Positions 51,270 to 60,468 of a stretch of 64,000 bases of DNA are shown here, piece after piece. The notes under the pieces are model-generated. The model had not been told where the DNA came from and searched no databases. It was given only the letters and a program-made list of their open reading frames with translations. The position numbers and the translations under genes were made by a program. Within the stretch, counting starts at the first letter, position 1; every line of letters begins with the position of its first letter. Source of the DNA: an uncultured bacterium (GTDB lineage Bacteria; Auribacterota; Erginobacteria; Erginobacterales; Erginobacteraceae); assembly GCA_963822585.1 (NCBI GenBank), contig CAWGIE010000011.1, positions 1 through 64,000 on the forward strand, written 5' to 3'.

Positions 51270-53108
51270 TTATTTCACGGTGCGCACGCGCCGAATCAGT
51301 TCGAGGGGGACGGTCCACTTGTTGAGAGGACTGATAAGATAAAGACCGTCAATCTCGGATTTAATCTCATCGATCAGTTCCCCGGCGATCTCTAAACCGG
51401 CCCGGGCCCCGGGGCCATCCCCGGCGGCGATTCTTTCTTTCACTTCCCGGGGGATAGCGATGCCGGGGACTTCGTTCTCCATGAACTCGGCGTTCCGCAG
51501 CGAGAGGAGAGGATAGATTCCGATGAAGATCCGGACATCGAGATCCGAGCAGGCCTCCATCACTTCCCTGGCCCGCGCGGCGGTGAAGACGGGCTGGGTC
51601 ATCGCAAAACGGGCGCCGCTGTCAATCTTCCGGCGGAGTTTCAACACCTCCGCCTTCAGGTTGGGGGCGTTGGCATTGAAGGCGACCCCGATGGAGAGAT
51701 CGGTCGGATGGGCGATCGCTTTTCCGGAGAGCATATGGCCCCGGTTGAGCTGATCGATCAACCCCACCAGGTGGATGCTGTTGATAGTGAAAATCCCCCG
51801 GTTCCCGGGCTGGTCGCTCTTCCCGGCCGGATCGCCGGTAACGGCCAGAACGGCCTCCAGTCCCTCCACCTGGGCCCCCAGAAGGAGGGACTGAAGGCCG
51901 AGGATATTGTGGTCCCGGGTGGTCAGATGAGGGATGACCTGGATGCCGGACCGGCGGCGGACAACCCCCCCAGCACAGATCGAGCTGACCCGGAGGGCGG
52001 CCAGGGGATTATCCGCCATCGAGACCGCATCGGCGCCGGCATTCTTGACCGCCAGGGCGCCCTGGATCACCCTTTCCAGATCGGGAGAAACGGGAGGATC
52101 GATCTCGACGATGATCGGAAGCCGGTCCCGCCGGAGGCCGGCGAGAAACCCTCCCTCCAGGGACTTTTCCGTCCGCAGGGGGACGGTGATCCGGGTGGGA
52201 GGAGCCTTCCGGCGAGGTGCCGGTTCGGAGGGGACACGGCCCAGCATCTGGCGAAGAACCCTGATATGCCGGGGCGTGGTCCCGCAACAGCCTCCGATGA
52301 GACGGACACCGAACGGAAGGAGTTCCCGGCATTTTTCGGCAAAATACTCCGGCGCCGCCGGGTAAATGATCCGGCCCTGGACCATCTGCGGAATACCGGC
52401 GTTGGGGAAAGCCGAGAGCAAGGCTCCTTCCACCGTCGACGCTCCTTTCAGGACCTCCCGAACCGAGGAGAATCCCCCCCCGCAGTTGCTCCCGAAGACG
52501 GAAGCCCCGCCGGCGAAGGCCTGCCGGCAGTAACTCTCCGCGGTCCGGCCGAAAATACAGAGGCCGCGGTTGGAGGGGGCCATCTGAGCGATGAGGGGGA
52601 GATCGGTCACCTCCCGGGCGGCCCGGAGGGCGAGAGCGAGGTTCTCCCATTCTTCAAAGGTCTCCAGTAGAACAACATCCACGCCGCCTTCAGCAAGGGC
52701 CGCGATCTGCTCCTGGTACGCCTCGAAGAGTCCCCCTTCGTCTGCCGGGCGGGGACCGGCCATCTCCCGGGCCGGCGTGGGGATCATTCCCACCGCCCCC
52801 GCCACAAAAACATCTTCCCCGGCGGCATCCCGGGCCAGGGCAGCCGCCGCCCTATTGATCCTCGCCACCTGTCGTTCGTACCCCGCGGAGCGGAGGCGGA
52901 AGCGGTTGGCACCGAAGGTATTGGTCTCGATCAGATCGGCACCGGCGGCGATATACTCCTGATGGACAGCTTTTATCTCCGCGGGTTCGGTCAGACAGAG
53001 AGCTTCGAAACTCTGTTGGGGGCGGATCCCTTTGGAGAGGAGGAGCGTCCCCATGGCGCCGTCCCCGATCAGGATCCGTTCTTTAATTGCCTCAAGAAAC
53101 GTGGTCAT
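51270..53108 (-). CDS. Bifunctional homocysteine S-methyltransferase / methylenetetrahydrofolate reductase (YitJ/SamT-like)
   Basis: DGAMGT, ETNTFGAN, GSNC, IGGCCGTTP; C-terminal VEIDPP, ADNP, AVTGDP, TQPVF. Confidence 0.92.
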   Translation of the reverse strand: MTTFLEAIKERILIGDGAMGTLLLSKGIRPQQSFEALCLTEPAEIKAVHQEYIAAGADLIETNTFGANRFRLRSAGYERQVARINRAAAALARDAAGEDVFVAGAVGMIPTPAREMAGPRPADEGGLFEAYQEQIAALAEGGVDVVLLETFEEWENLALALRAAREVTDLPLIAQMAPSNRGLCIFGRTAESYCRQAFAGGASVFGSNCGGGFSSVREVLKGASTVEGALLSAFPNAGIPQMVQGRIIYPAAPEYFAEKCRELLPFGVRLIGGCCGTTPRHIRVLRQMLGRVPSEPAPRRKAPPTRITVPLRTEKSLEGGFLAGLRRDRLPIIVEIDPPVSPDLERVIQGALAVKNAGADAVSMADNPLAALRVSSICAGGVVRRRSGIQVIPHLTTRDHNILGLQSLLLGAQVEGLEAVLAVTGDPAGKSDQPGNRGIFTINSIHLVGLIDQLNRGHMLSGKAIAHPTDLSIGVAFNANAPNLKAEVLKLRRKIDSGARFAMTQPVFTAARAREVMEACSDLDVRIFIGIYPLLSLRNAEFMENEVPGIAIPREVKERIAAGDGPGARAGLEIAGELIDEIKSEIDGLYLISPLNKWTVPLELIRRVRTVK

Positions 53109-53312
53109 GAATACTCGCCGCAAAAACGCGCAAAAAATGCGAACGGTTATACGCCTCTACCGCGGCCCCTTTTATCAGCCGCAAAAAGGCGCAAAATACG
53201 CAAGAGTTCCCTCTCCCTCGCCCCCTTAAAATAACAGACGATTGAATGTGATGGAATGTGATGGCCTCTCGCGGGCTTCTCCGTTCAATGGTGAACGTTC
53301 GGTCTTCCCTCC

Positions 53313-53888
53313 CTATTTCCCGGGGACTCCTTCGACTTCAGCGGGCGGTTGATCGCTGAAAATCAGTACGTCAACCACCTCCTCTCTCTTTTCCAGAAAA
53401 ACATAGTTCGAAGAGGCGATCTCACTTTCCAATGCCCGCACCGGGACGGAAAAATCCTGGAGAAGGGCGGTATAGGGATAGAGGACAACCTTATGTTCCA
53501 GTCCGTTTCCCAGGGCGACCACCAGGTAGGGAGCATCTTCCCGGAGAGGGAAGAGGGCGACATAGGTGTTTCCCCCTTTAAACCTGCCCTGGCTGATCAG
53601 ATGGGGGTTGTTCTGGGACAAGCTGAAATATGCCGTGGTCCCGGTATCCAGCCACCGCCGGGCATCATCATAGTACCGGATGCTCCAGCCCACCGGGACC
53701 CACCGCTCGGTCAGGAGCGAAAAGGTCACCTCCAGCACCTCGTCGCCCGGGAGCAGGCCGATGACCGGGTTGGGGATGATCCGGACTCTCAGAATGTTGA
53801 AGAGGTCTCCCCCCTGTACGGGGAGAGTAAAAATTAGAGCGAATCCCAGGAAAAGACCGGCGGCGGCTGTCATTTTTTTCATACGCAT
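53313..53888 (-). CDS. Hypothetical exported protein
   Basis: Signal-peptide-like N-terminus; RBS AAGGAG. Confidence 0.7.
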   Translation of the reverse strand: MRMKKMTAAAGLFLGFALIFTLPVQGGDLFNILRVRIIPNPVIGLLPGDEVLEVTFSLLTERWVPVGWSIRYYDDARRWLDTGTTAYFSLSQNNPHLISQGRFKGGNTYVALFPLREDAPYLVVALGNGLEHKVVLYPYTALLQDFSVPVRALESEIASSNYVFLEKREEVVDVLIFSDQPPAEVEGVPGK

Positions 53889-53900
53889 CTCTCCTTTAAC

Positions 53901-53932
53901 ATAAATTAGCGGCTTCGCCGCTAATTTAGTGA
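53901..53932. repeat. 32-bp hairpin element, identical to 47662-47693
   Basis: Direct comparison. Confidence 0.88.
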
Positions 53933-54122
53933 GTTATTCTATTTTACAATCAAGGGAAATTGTTAACGCTGTTTTGATTAGTTTGAATCCAACGCTTTAC
54001 GCCAAAACGATAATTTTTACTCATTATTGTGCGCCAGAGGCGCATCAGCCTCGGGCCGAAAATTCCGAAATAATACATTATCGCCAGCATGGTAATCGAC
54101 CGACCGGTAGGATTTCAAGCCT

Positions 54123-54563
54123 TTACTTCGTCAGATATTCCACCCGGACCCCGGTTACACCCCGGCCCAGGATCCCCAGCTTGCGGGCGCTCCAGTACGA
54201 GAGATCGACCTCCCGCCGGGGATGGGGCACAAGGGGGCGTATCACCCTGCCGGATCGGCTGACCTTATACGGACCCCGGTCGGTGATCCGGACGATCACG
54301 CTCCGGTCATTCTCCGGATTGACGACCCGCAGCCAGCTCCCCAGGGGCAGTGTACAGTGCGCGGCACTGAAATCAAGCATGTTGTATCTGCGGCCGGAAG
54401 CGGTCGGACGACCGTGGAATTGACCGCCGTACCAGGACGCCCGAGTCTCCCGGCGGCCGGTGATTCTGAAGCGGGGTAGAACAAGACTGAGAATAAATGC
54501 CGTCACCAGAAGGAGAACGAAGGGGATGAAACAAATCCGGGAATGCCGGGGCGGACGCATCAT
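54123..54563 (-). CDS. rlpA: RlpA-like DPBB-domain protein (septal lytic transglycosylase family)
   Basis: ASWYG..FHGRPTASG, SAAHCTLPLGS, VRITDRGPY, VDLSY.SA.KLG. Confidence 0.88.
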   Translation of the reverse strand: MMRPPRHSRICFIPFVLLLVTAFILSLVLPRFRITGRRETRASWYGGQFHGRPTASGRRYNMLDFSAAHCTLPLGSWLRVVNPENDRSVIVRITDRGPYKVSRSGRVIRPLVPHPRREVDLSYWSARKLGILGRGVTGVRVEYLTK

Positions 54564-54597
54564 CAATAAAGAACTACCGGTTTGTTCGCTCTCGGTC

Positions 54598-55317
54598 TCA
54601 CTTTCCGGCAAGGAGGGGCGCGAGCTTATCCCGGCAAAGGCGGTAATTGTTCTCACAGATCCCGGGGCCGTCCGTTCGAAGATACCGGTAGTCGGCCCAC
54701 GATTTTTCCCAGAGACGGGAGAAGAAAGTACCATATGAGAGCCGGGGAGTAACGAAGATAATCAGAGAAGCCAGGACCACCACGTTCACGAGATAGATAA
54801 AAGGAAAGGAAAAAATCCGGCCGGTGGCCCAGATATCCGGCTGTCCCTGTACCAGAACATACAAAGTCAGTGTAAAGTGAAACGCCCAGGTGAAACCGAG
54901 CAGAAAACCGAGAATCCGCATCGCGACCGGGGGTAGAGGGAATAAAACGGTCAGTATCCCGTAGAGGACGATGGCAAGCGCGCTGTAAAGGGGGAAAAAG
55001 TAGGGTGCCAGGAAGATGAGGAAATTCGATTTGGAGGTACAGACTTCCCCCCCCGTCGCCGCCGCCTTGAAACCCTTGACCCGTCCGCCGAAGAGCCATA
55101 CCCAGAGAACATGGGTCAGTTCATGCCCGAAAATATAGGTCCGAATCGGCTGCTGGAAGACGGCCAGCAGCAGCAGATAACTGAACAGACCGGCCAGGAA
55201 CCAGATCTCCGTTTTCAGCACCGGCACGACCTCCCGCCCGAATACCACCGTGGCGGCCACGCAGGCGGGGATCAGGAAAATTCCCAGCAATAACTTGGCG
55301 ATCCGGATCAAGATCAT
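54598..55317 (-). CDS. Membrane protein with HExxH motif (M50-like metallopeptidase)
   Basis: Multiple TMs; FGHELTH; LAPYF. Confidence 0.78.
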   Translation of the reverse strand: MILIRIAKLLLGIFLIPACVAATVVFGREVVPVLKTEIWFLAGLFSYLLLLAVFQQPIRTYIFGHELTHVLWVWLFGGRVKGFKAAATGGEVCTSKSNFLIFLAPYFFPLYSALAIVLYGILTVLFPLPPVAMRILGFLLGFTWAFHFTLTLYVLVQGQPDIWATGRIFSFPFIYLVNVVVLASLIIFVTPRLSYGTFFSRLWEKSWADYRYLRTDGPGICENNYRLCRDKLAPLLAGK

Positions 55318-55598
55318 AATAAATTAACTCGCTGCGCTCGTAAATTTATGCAGGATCGTCCTTCACTCCGTTCAGGACTTGTAGTAGATGTAGTAATTGT
55401 AGTATCGCCTTGCCGGAGGCAAGGCTTGCTGCGCGACAAGCGACTGCCGATAGGCAGGACGCGATCCTACAATGCCTACAAAGAATGCCGGAGGCATTCT
55501 GATCCTACAAGTCCTGTCGCAGACCCTGAGCTTGCCGAAGGGTAGCAAGGCGCAAGGACGATACTGCATCACTGTATTTTTAAATACCGCCTAACATT

Positions 55599-56729
55599 TT
55601 ATTCCAGCGCGACTCCCTTCCTGACGAATGTCGGGATGTCCAGGTCTTCCCCATCGAGGAGCGTGGGATCGGAGTCAACGAAGGCCCCCCGGGCCAGCTT
55701 CTTGAAATCGATCTCCGTCTGGGTCGCCGGACGGACTTCGGTCGTCAGGGTGACCGGGACCTCATGCGCGCTTCCTCCTCCCACCCTCTCCGGGAGCCCG
55801 GTAGCGATGACCCGGACCGCGATCTTTTCCCCCGCCGCCGGATTCCGGCTGATGGTATAGAGAAGTTCCACTTCCTCGTCCAGCCTTTCCGAGACCGCGC
55901 CGATCGCCTGCTCGAGACGACGAAAGGGGACCGGACCGGCAGCTTCAATCTGGATGAACAATCCCCGCGCCTGAGCCAGCTCGGCAGGACTGAGAGAGAG
56001 CGCCGAAAAAGCGCCCTTCACCGCCGCCACCAGCTGATCGGGCCCCGTCGCCTGGTGAGAACCCATCACGGTTTCACCGGGCACGGTCAGGATGGTCTCC
56101 AGGGACGTGTAATCGCCCCCCGAGCGCGGGAGATCGGCGAGATAGGCGATCACGCTTTCTACCGCTTCCTCTAAAATCCGGTCACAGTACCGGAAGACCT
56201 CGTCGTGCGGGGTATCGTCTTCAACGGGACCCACCAGCCGATCAAGGGAAAAACAGGCCAGACCGGCGCCGGTCTCCTCGATCTTTTTCCGCGCCTGGCC
56301 GAAGAGAAGATTTTTCTTTTTCCCCTCAAAGAAGAAAGGACGCGTGACGAAAGCCAGGGTTAAGATCCCCAGACCGCGGGCAAGCCCGCACAGCGCGGGG
56401 ATCAGGCTGCTCCCTACCCCGCCCCCCAGGCCGCCCACGATCAGGACCGCCCGAGAATCGCCCAGTTTCTCCTTCATTTTCGCCTCGCTCTCCCGGAAGG
56501 TCTGGTCACCTTTCCGGCGATCGCCACCCCCACCCCGGCCGGGGGCCGATTTTTGACCGATGGTCATCTTGTCGTCCACCGGGGAACAAACCAGGGACTG
56601 GATGTCCGAATCAACCGCCACGATCTCCAGCCGGCGTCGATACTCTTCCGGCAGCGCCCCCGCGATCCGAACCCCCCAGCCGCCAACCCCCCAGAGCGAA
56701 ATTTTCTCTTCCGTTTTTTCCTTGCTCAT
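55599..56729 (-). CDS. ftsZ: Cell division protein FtsZ, strongly divergent
   Basis: GVGGWG, GLGGGVGS, PFFFEG, C-terminal DLDIPTFVRK; directly after ftsA. Confidence 0.88.
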   Translation of the reverse strand: MSKEKTEEKISLWGVGGWGVRIAGALPEEYRRRLEIVAVDSDIQSLVCSPVDDKMTIGQKSAPGRGGGGDRRKGDQTFRESEAKMKEKLGDSRAVLIVGGLGGGVGSSLIPALCGLARGLGILTLAFVTRPFFFEGKKKNLLFGQARKKIEETGAGLACFSLDRLVGPVEDDTPHDEVFRYCDRILEEAVESVIAYLADLPRSGGDYTSLETILTVPGETVMGSHQATGPDQLVAAVKGAFSALSLSPAELAQARGLFIQIEAAGPVPFRRLEQAIGAVSERLDEEVELLYTISRNPAAGEKIAVRVIATGLPERVGGGSAHEVPVTLTTEVRPATQTEIDFKKLARGAFVDSDPTLLDGEDLDIPTFVRKGVALE

Positions 56730-56797
56730 TCGTATTCTCCTCTTATTTTTCCGCCCCGCCTCGAAGTATTAATCGGGGGAGGAAAAAATAAGAAAGA

Positions 56798-58024
56798 TTA
56801 AAAATAGCGGTCCAGCCAGCGTTTCACCCCACTGATGAATTTCACCGAGGAAGGGCCCTCGGAAGACCGGCCGCGATCCGAGCGAAATCCGTACTTCACC
56901 AGGCCGACGGCGGTGGAATACACCGGGCTGTCGATCACCTCCCGCAGCCCGGAGACGCCGGCCGGGGTACCGATCCTGATCGGGAGGCCGGTCTCCCGCC
57001 CGGCCAGGGCGGCGATATCTTTCAGCAGCGCCCCTCCGCCGGTGAGAACCAGCCCCGAGCCGATTGACTGGAAGTGGCCGGACTTTTCCAGGTCCCGGCG
57101 GATCACCTGGAAAAGTTCCATCAGCCGCAGTTCGATGATCTGGCAGAGCTTCTTCCGGGACAGCCCATCGGGGGAACGGGTCAAAGCCTCGGGCAGGAAG
57201 AGATCGCTGTCATCCCGGACCCGGTCGTGCAGAGCCGATCCGTACTTCTTTTTCAGTTCTTCGGCCTGGCGCAGAAGAAGTTTCATCCCCAGGCTGATGT
57301 CGTTCGTGACGTGATCGCCCCCCACGCTCAGAACCCTGGTGTGCCGGACGGTCTCATCCCGGAAAAAGACGTAGTCGGTGGTTCCGCCGCCGATATCCAC
57401 CAGCACAACCCCGGACTGCTGTTCTTCCTTTCTTACTACCGCCAGGCTGGAGGCCAGCTGCTGCAGGACGATGTCAGTGACATCGAGACCGGCCTGGTTG
57501 ATGCAGTTGATGATATCCCGGATGGCGGCGGTTTTGCCGGTGACCAGGTGGACCTGGGCTTCCAGCCGGGTTCCCTGCATGCCTTCCGGGTCAGCGATGC
57601 CCTGCCTGTCGTCGACCGAGAATTCCTGCGGTATGGTATGCAGAATCTCCCGGTCCCGGGGGAGAGCCAGGGACCGAGCGGCCTCGGTGGCGCTGATCAT
57701 GTCCTTCTCCGTCACCCCTACCGTCGGATTGAGGACCGGCAAAACCGCCCTGCTGTTGAAGCTCTCGATATGGCTCCCCGTGACCCCGGCGTAGACGGAC
57801 TGTATTTCGAACTCGCAGATATTTTCCACCTGAGCAATCGTTTTTTCAATCGACTCCACGGTCTGGGCGACATTGATCACCTCGCCCTTGCGCAGGCCCC
57901 GGGACGGCTGGCTTCCCGCACCCAGAATCCGGATATCCCCGTCCTCAACCCGTTCCGCGACCAGCATGCAGATCTTGGTCGTTCCCACGTCGAGACCGGC
58001 TATAATGTCACGATTCTTGGCCAT
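56798..58024 (-). CDS. ftsA: Cell division protein FtsA
   Basis: GLDVGTTKI, GLRKG, VDIGGGTTD, GGDHVTNDI, LTGGGA, PVYSTAVGL. Confidence 0.97.
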   Translation of the reverse strand: MAKNRDIIAGLDVGTTKICMLVAERVEDGDIRILGAGSQPSRGLRKGEVINVAQTVESIEKTIAQVENICEFEIQSVYAGVTGSHIESFNSRAVLPVLNPTVGVTEKDMISATEAARSLALPRDREILHTIPQEFSVDDRQGIADPEGMQGTRLEAQVHLVTGKTAAIRDIINCINQAGLDVTDIVLQQLASSLAVVRKEEQQSGVVLVDIGGGTTDYVFFRDETVRHTRVLSVGGDHVTNDISLGMKLLLRQAEELKKKYGSALHDRVRDDSDLFLPEALTRSPDGLSRKKLCQIIELRLMELFQVIRRDLEKSGHFQSIGSGLVLTGGGALLKDIAALAGRETGLPIRIGTPAGVSGLREVIDSPVYSTAVGLVKYGFRSDRGRSSEGPSSVKFISGVKRWLDRYF

Positions 58025-58166
58025 GATTATAACTTAGCCCTCGCTTCGCTCGGGCGACTAAATAAAACTACGAATTACACAAATTACACGAATGTTCTTC
58101 AAAATATCCCTGCCATATCGCTTCAACGCTTGCGCATTCTTATTTTTCCGCAGGAAAAATAAGATG

Positions 58167-59003
58167 TCAGTCATCGAAAACAACCGGGATCTTGGAGTAG
58201 CGGAGATCCACCTCCCGGGCCCGGGGCAGATCGGGTCCCAATCTGCCGAGGACCGTCTTTAACCGAGCCAGCTGCTCGCCGTAATCTTCCTGTCCGAGCG
58301 TAATTTCCATCTTTCCCTCCGTCCTCATCTCGATCAGGCCTGAAGAGAAAACGCGGATTTCATCGATCCGGACCAGGGACCCGATGTCCTCTTCCTCCAG
58401 CCCGCGCAGGAGTTTGAGGCAGGCGTCTTTCTTGTCGGCCGGAGACAGATCCCGGCTGTTGTTGACCACCCTCAGCCCCTTAATCACCGGGAGCTGAATC
58501 TCCGGGGCTTCCTTGCGGGGGCCGAGAACGACCCCCCAGTCGTCAATGGTATAGAGTCGCCCAAAAGACACCCGGGCGCGGGGCTCCCTCTCCATGACAT
58601 CGACCCGGATCGCATCCGGAAAGATTCGTTCCACGCGGGCATCCCGGAAATCGTCATTCCGCAGGAGGGACTCCCGGGCGGCCGCCGGGTCCAGGGTAAA
58701 GATGTTGCCCCCGGTTTCCAGACCGGTCATGGTTATTATTTCTTCCTCGGTATAGGCATGATTGTTCCTGATCCTGATTTTCTTCACGGTGAACATCTCC
58801 GAGTCATGGCACAGCCACCACCCGGCGGCGCCGAGGGCTCCGAGAAGGAGGAAGATCATGATACTCCCCCTTACCCTTCTTCCTCCGCCGGCGCGGGGCG
58901 ACGCCGGCACCGGGCTCTTTTTCCGGCGTCGCTTGACCGACGCGTTCATCCTCAACCCCGAACGGGGACGGCTGAGCTTGCTGCTTAATAAAAGCCATTT
59001 CAT
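58167..59003 (-). CDS. ftsQ: Cell division protein FtsQ/DivIB
   Basis: Basic N-terminus, single TM, POTRA (VERIFPD.I.V.V.ER.P), C-terminal VDLRY. Confidence 0.92.
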   Translation of the reverse strand: MKWLLLSSKLSRPRSGLRMNASVKRRRKKSPVPASPRAGGGRRVRGSIMIFLLLGALGAAGWWLCHDSEMFTVKKIRIRNNHAYTEEEIITMTGLETGGNIFTLDPAAARESLLRNDDFRDARVERIFPDAIRVDVMEREPRARVSFGRLYTIDDWGVVLGPRKEAPEIQLPVIKGLRVVNNSRDLSPADKKDACLKLLRGLEEEDIGSLVRIDEIRVFSSGLIEMRTEGKMEITLGQEDYGEQLARLKTVLGRLGPDLPRAREVDLRYSKIPVVFDD

Positions 59004-59024
59004 TGGTTTCCCTCCCGATATCGA

Positions 59025-59315
59025 TTAATCTGGATTATTCATGAAAATTTTCAATTTTCATGAATAATCCAGATTATCATCTTTCGTCCAATATGTTATG
59101 TATAGTAATCCCTGTTATGCGACTTCAGCAGACTGTTTTTTCTTAACCGATAGGCCAACATCTTATTTCAACTCGCGAGAACGCAATAAATAATAAATGT
59201 TTTCCGGCAAGTGATTGCGTGAGAATATACTATGATTATTACCTTATACCATTTCTACCCATGCCAGCTACGGCTTTGTTCAGAACTAACCCGATTTATG
59301 AATAAATCTGGTTAA
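59025..59315 (+). mobile_element. 291-bp TTAA-bounded double-hairpin element, copy 3
   Basis: Same termini, with a compensatory change in both arms of the left hairpin; between ddl and ftsQ. Confidence 0.88.
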
Positions 59316-59429
59316 CGGAAATTATTTCCCTCATCGCGTCTCCTTCCCCGTTTTCGCCAGAGAACCGGGTCGGCACAGGGGGGCTCCCTGCAACCGCACT
59401 CTTTTCCAGGTCGATCAGGCGGCGCATTA

Positions 59430-60365
59430 TCATCCCCGCCTCCGAAAGTTTTTTCGGGTTAACGCCAGATCCAGCAAACGAAGACAGAGCGCCGTGAAGT
59501 CAGTGCCGGTCGCGGCCGCGGCTTGCGGCAAAAGACTGGTGGCGGTAAATCCCGGGATGGAGTTAACCTCGAGGAGATACGGATTGCCGTCGTCACCGAG
59601 TATGATATCAGCACGGGAATAGGCAAAGCAACCCAGGGATCGATGTGCGGTCAGCCCCGCTTCCTGCACCTCGCGGCGGACACCGGGGGGGAGAAGCGCG
59701 GGGACCACGAACCGCGATCTCCCCTTGACATACTTCGCCTCGTAATCAAAAAATGGGTTAAGTGGTTTGATCTCGACCACCGGCAGCGGCTCATCTTCCA
59801 GAACCCCGACCGTCAACTCCCTCCCCTTGATGTAACTTTCAACCAGGATCACTTCATCATGTCCCCGGGCCGTTTTCACGGCCTCTTCAAATTGCCGGTC
59901 CGTCCGCGCCAGGCTCAAGCCGATGCTCGATCCTTCCCGAGCCGGCTTGACGATCACCGGAAAGGGAAAGGGCGGAGCAGCCGGGACATCATCACGGCCA
60001 TAGACGCGGCAATCCGGCGTCGACAGCCCGGCGGCTTTAAAGAGCCCGCGGGAAACGACCTTGTCCATGGCCCGGCGGCTGGCCTCAATCCCGGATCCGG
60101 AATAGGGGATACCCCGTTCCTCCAGGAATTCCTGTATCTGACCGTCTTCACCGAACCGGCCGTGAAGCGCTATGAATGCCAGATCCAAGCGGGAAGACTC
60201 AATGCCAACGATAATATCTTCGTGCTCGCCGATTTCGACGACCGTCACCCCGGCCCCCCGGAGCGCCGCCGAGACCGCCTTCCCCGACTTGAGCGATATC
60301 TCCCTCTCCGCGGACGGCCCGCCCAGGAGGACCCCCACCGTGCCATATTTTTTCGGATCTATCAT
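59430..60365 (-). CDS. ddl: D-alanine--D-alanine ligase
   Basis: GGPSAEREISLKSG, ALHGRFGEDG, EGSSIG, FDYEAKY, EVNSIPGFT. Confidence 0.97.
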   Translation of the reverse strand: MIDPKKYGTVGVLLGGPSAEREISLKSGKAVSAALRGAGVTVVEIGEHEDIIVGIESSRLDLAFIALHGRFGEDGQIQEFLEERGIPYSGSGIEASRRAMDKVVSRGLFKAAGLSTPDCRVYGRDDVPAAPPFPFPVIVKPAREGSSIGLSLARTDRQFEEAVKTARGHDEVILVESYIKGRELTVGVLEDEPLPVVEIKPLNPFFDYEAKYVKGRSRFVVPALLPPGVRREVQEAGLTAHRSLGCFAYSRADIILGDDGNPYLLEVNSIPGFTATSLLPQAAAATGTDFTALCLRLLDLALTRKNFRRRG

Positions 60366-60468
60366 GATTTCAAACTAAATATTATTTGGGATTTGAGATT
60401 TGGTATTTCCCCCCTGCTCTCAATATTTCTGATTATATTCACACATGCTTTTCACCAAAGATCAAATT

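Noticed and set aside
53109..53312. SAM riboswitch upstream of the YitJ-like gene
   Set aside because: No ATCNAGAG...GCAACC...GTGC consensus visible on the minus strand
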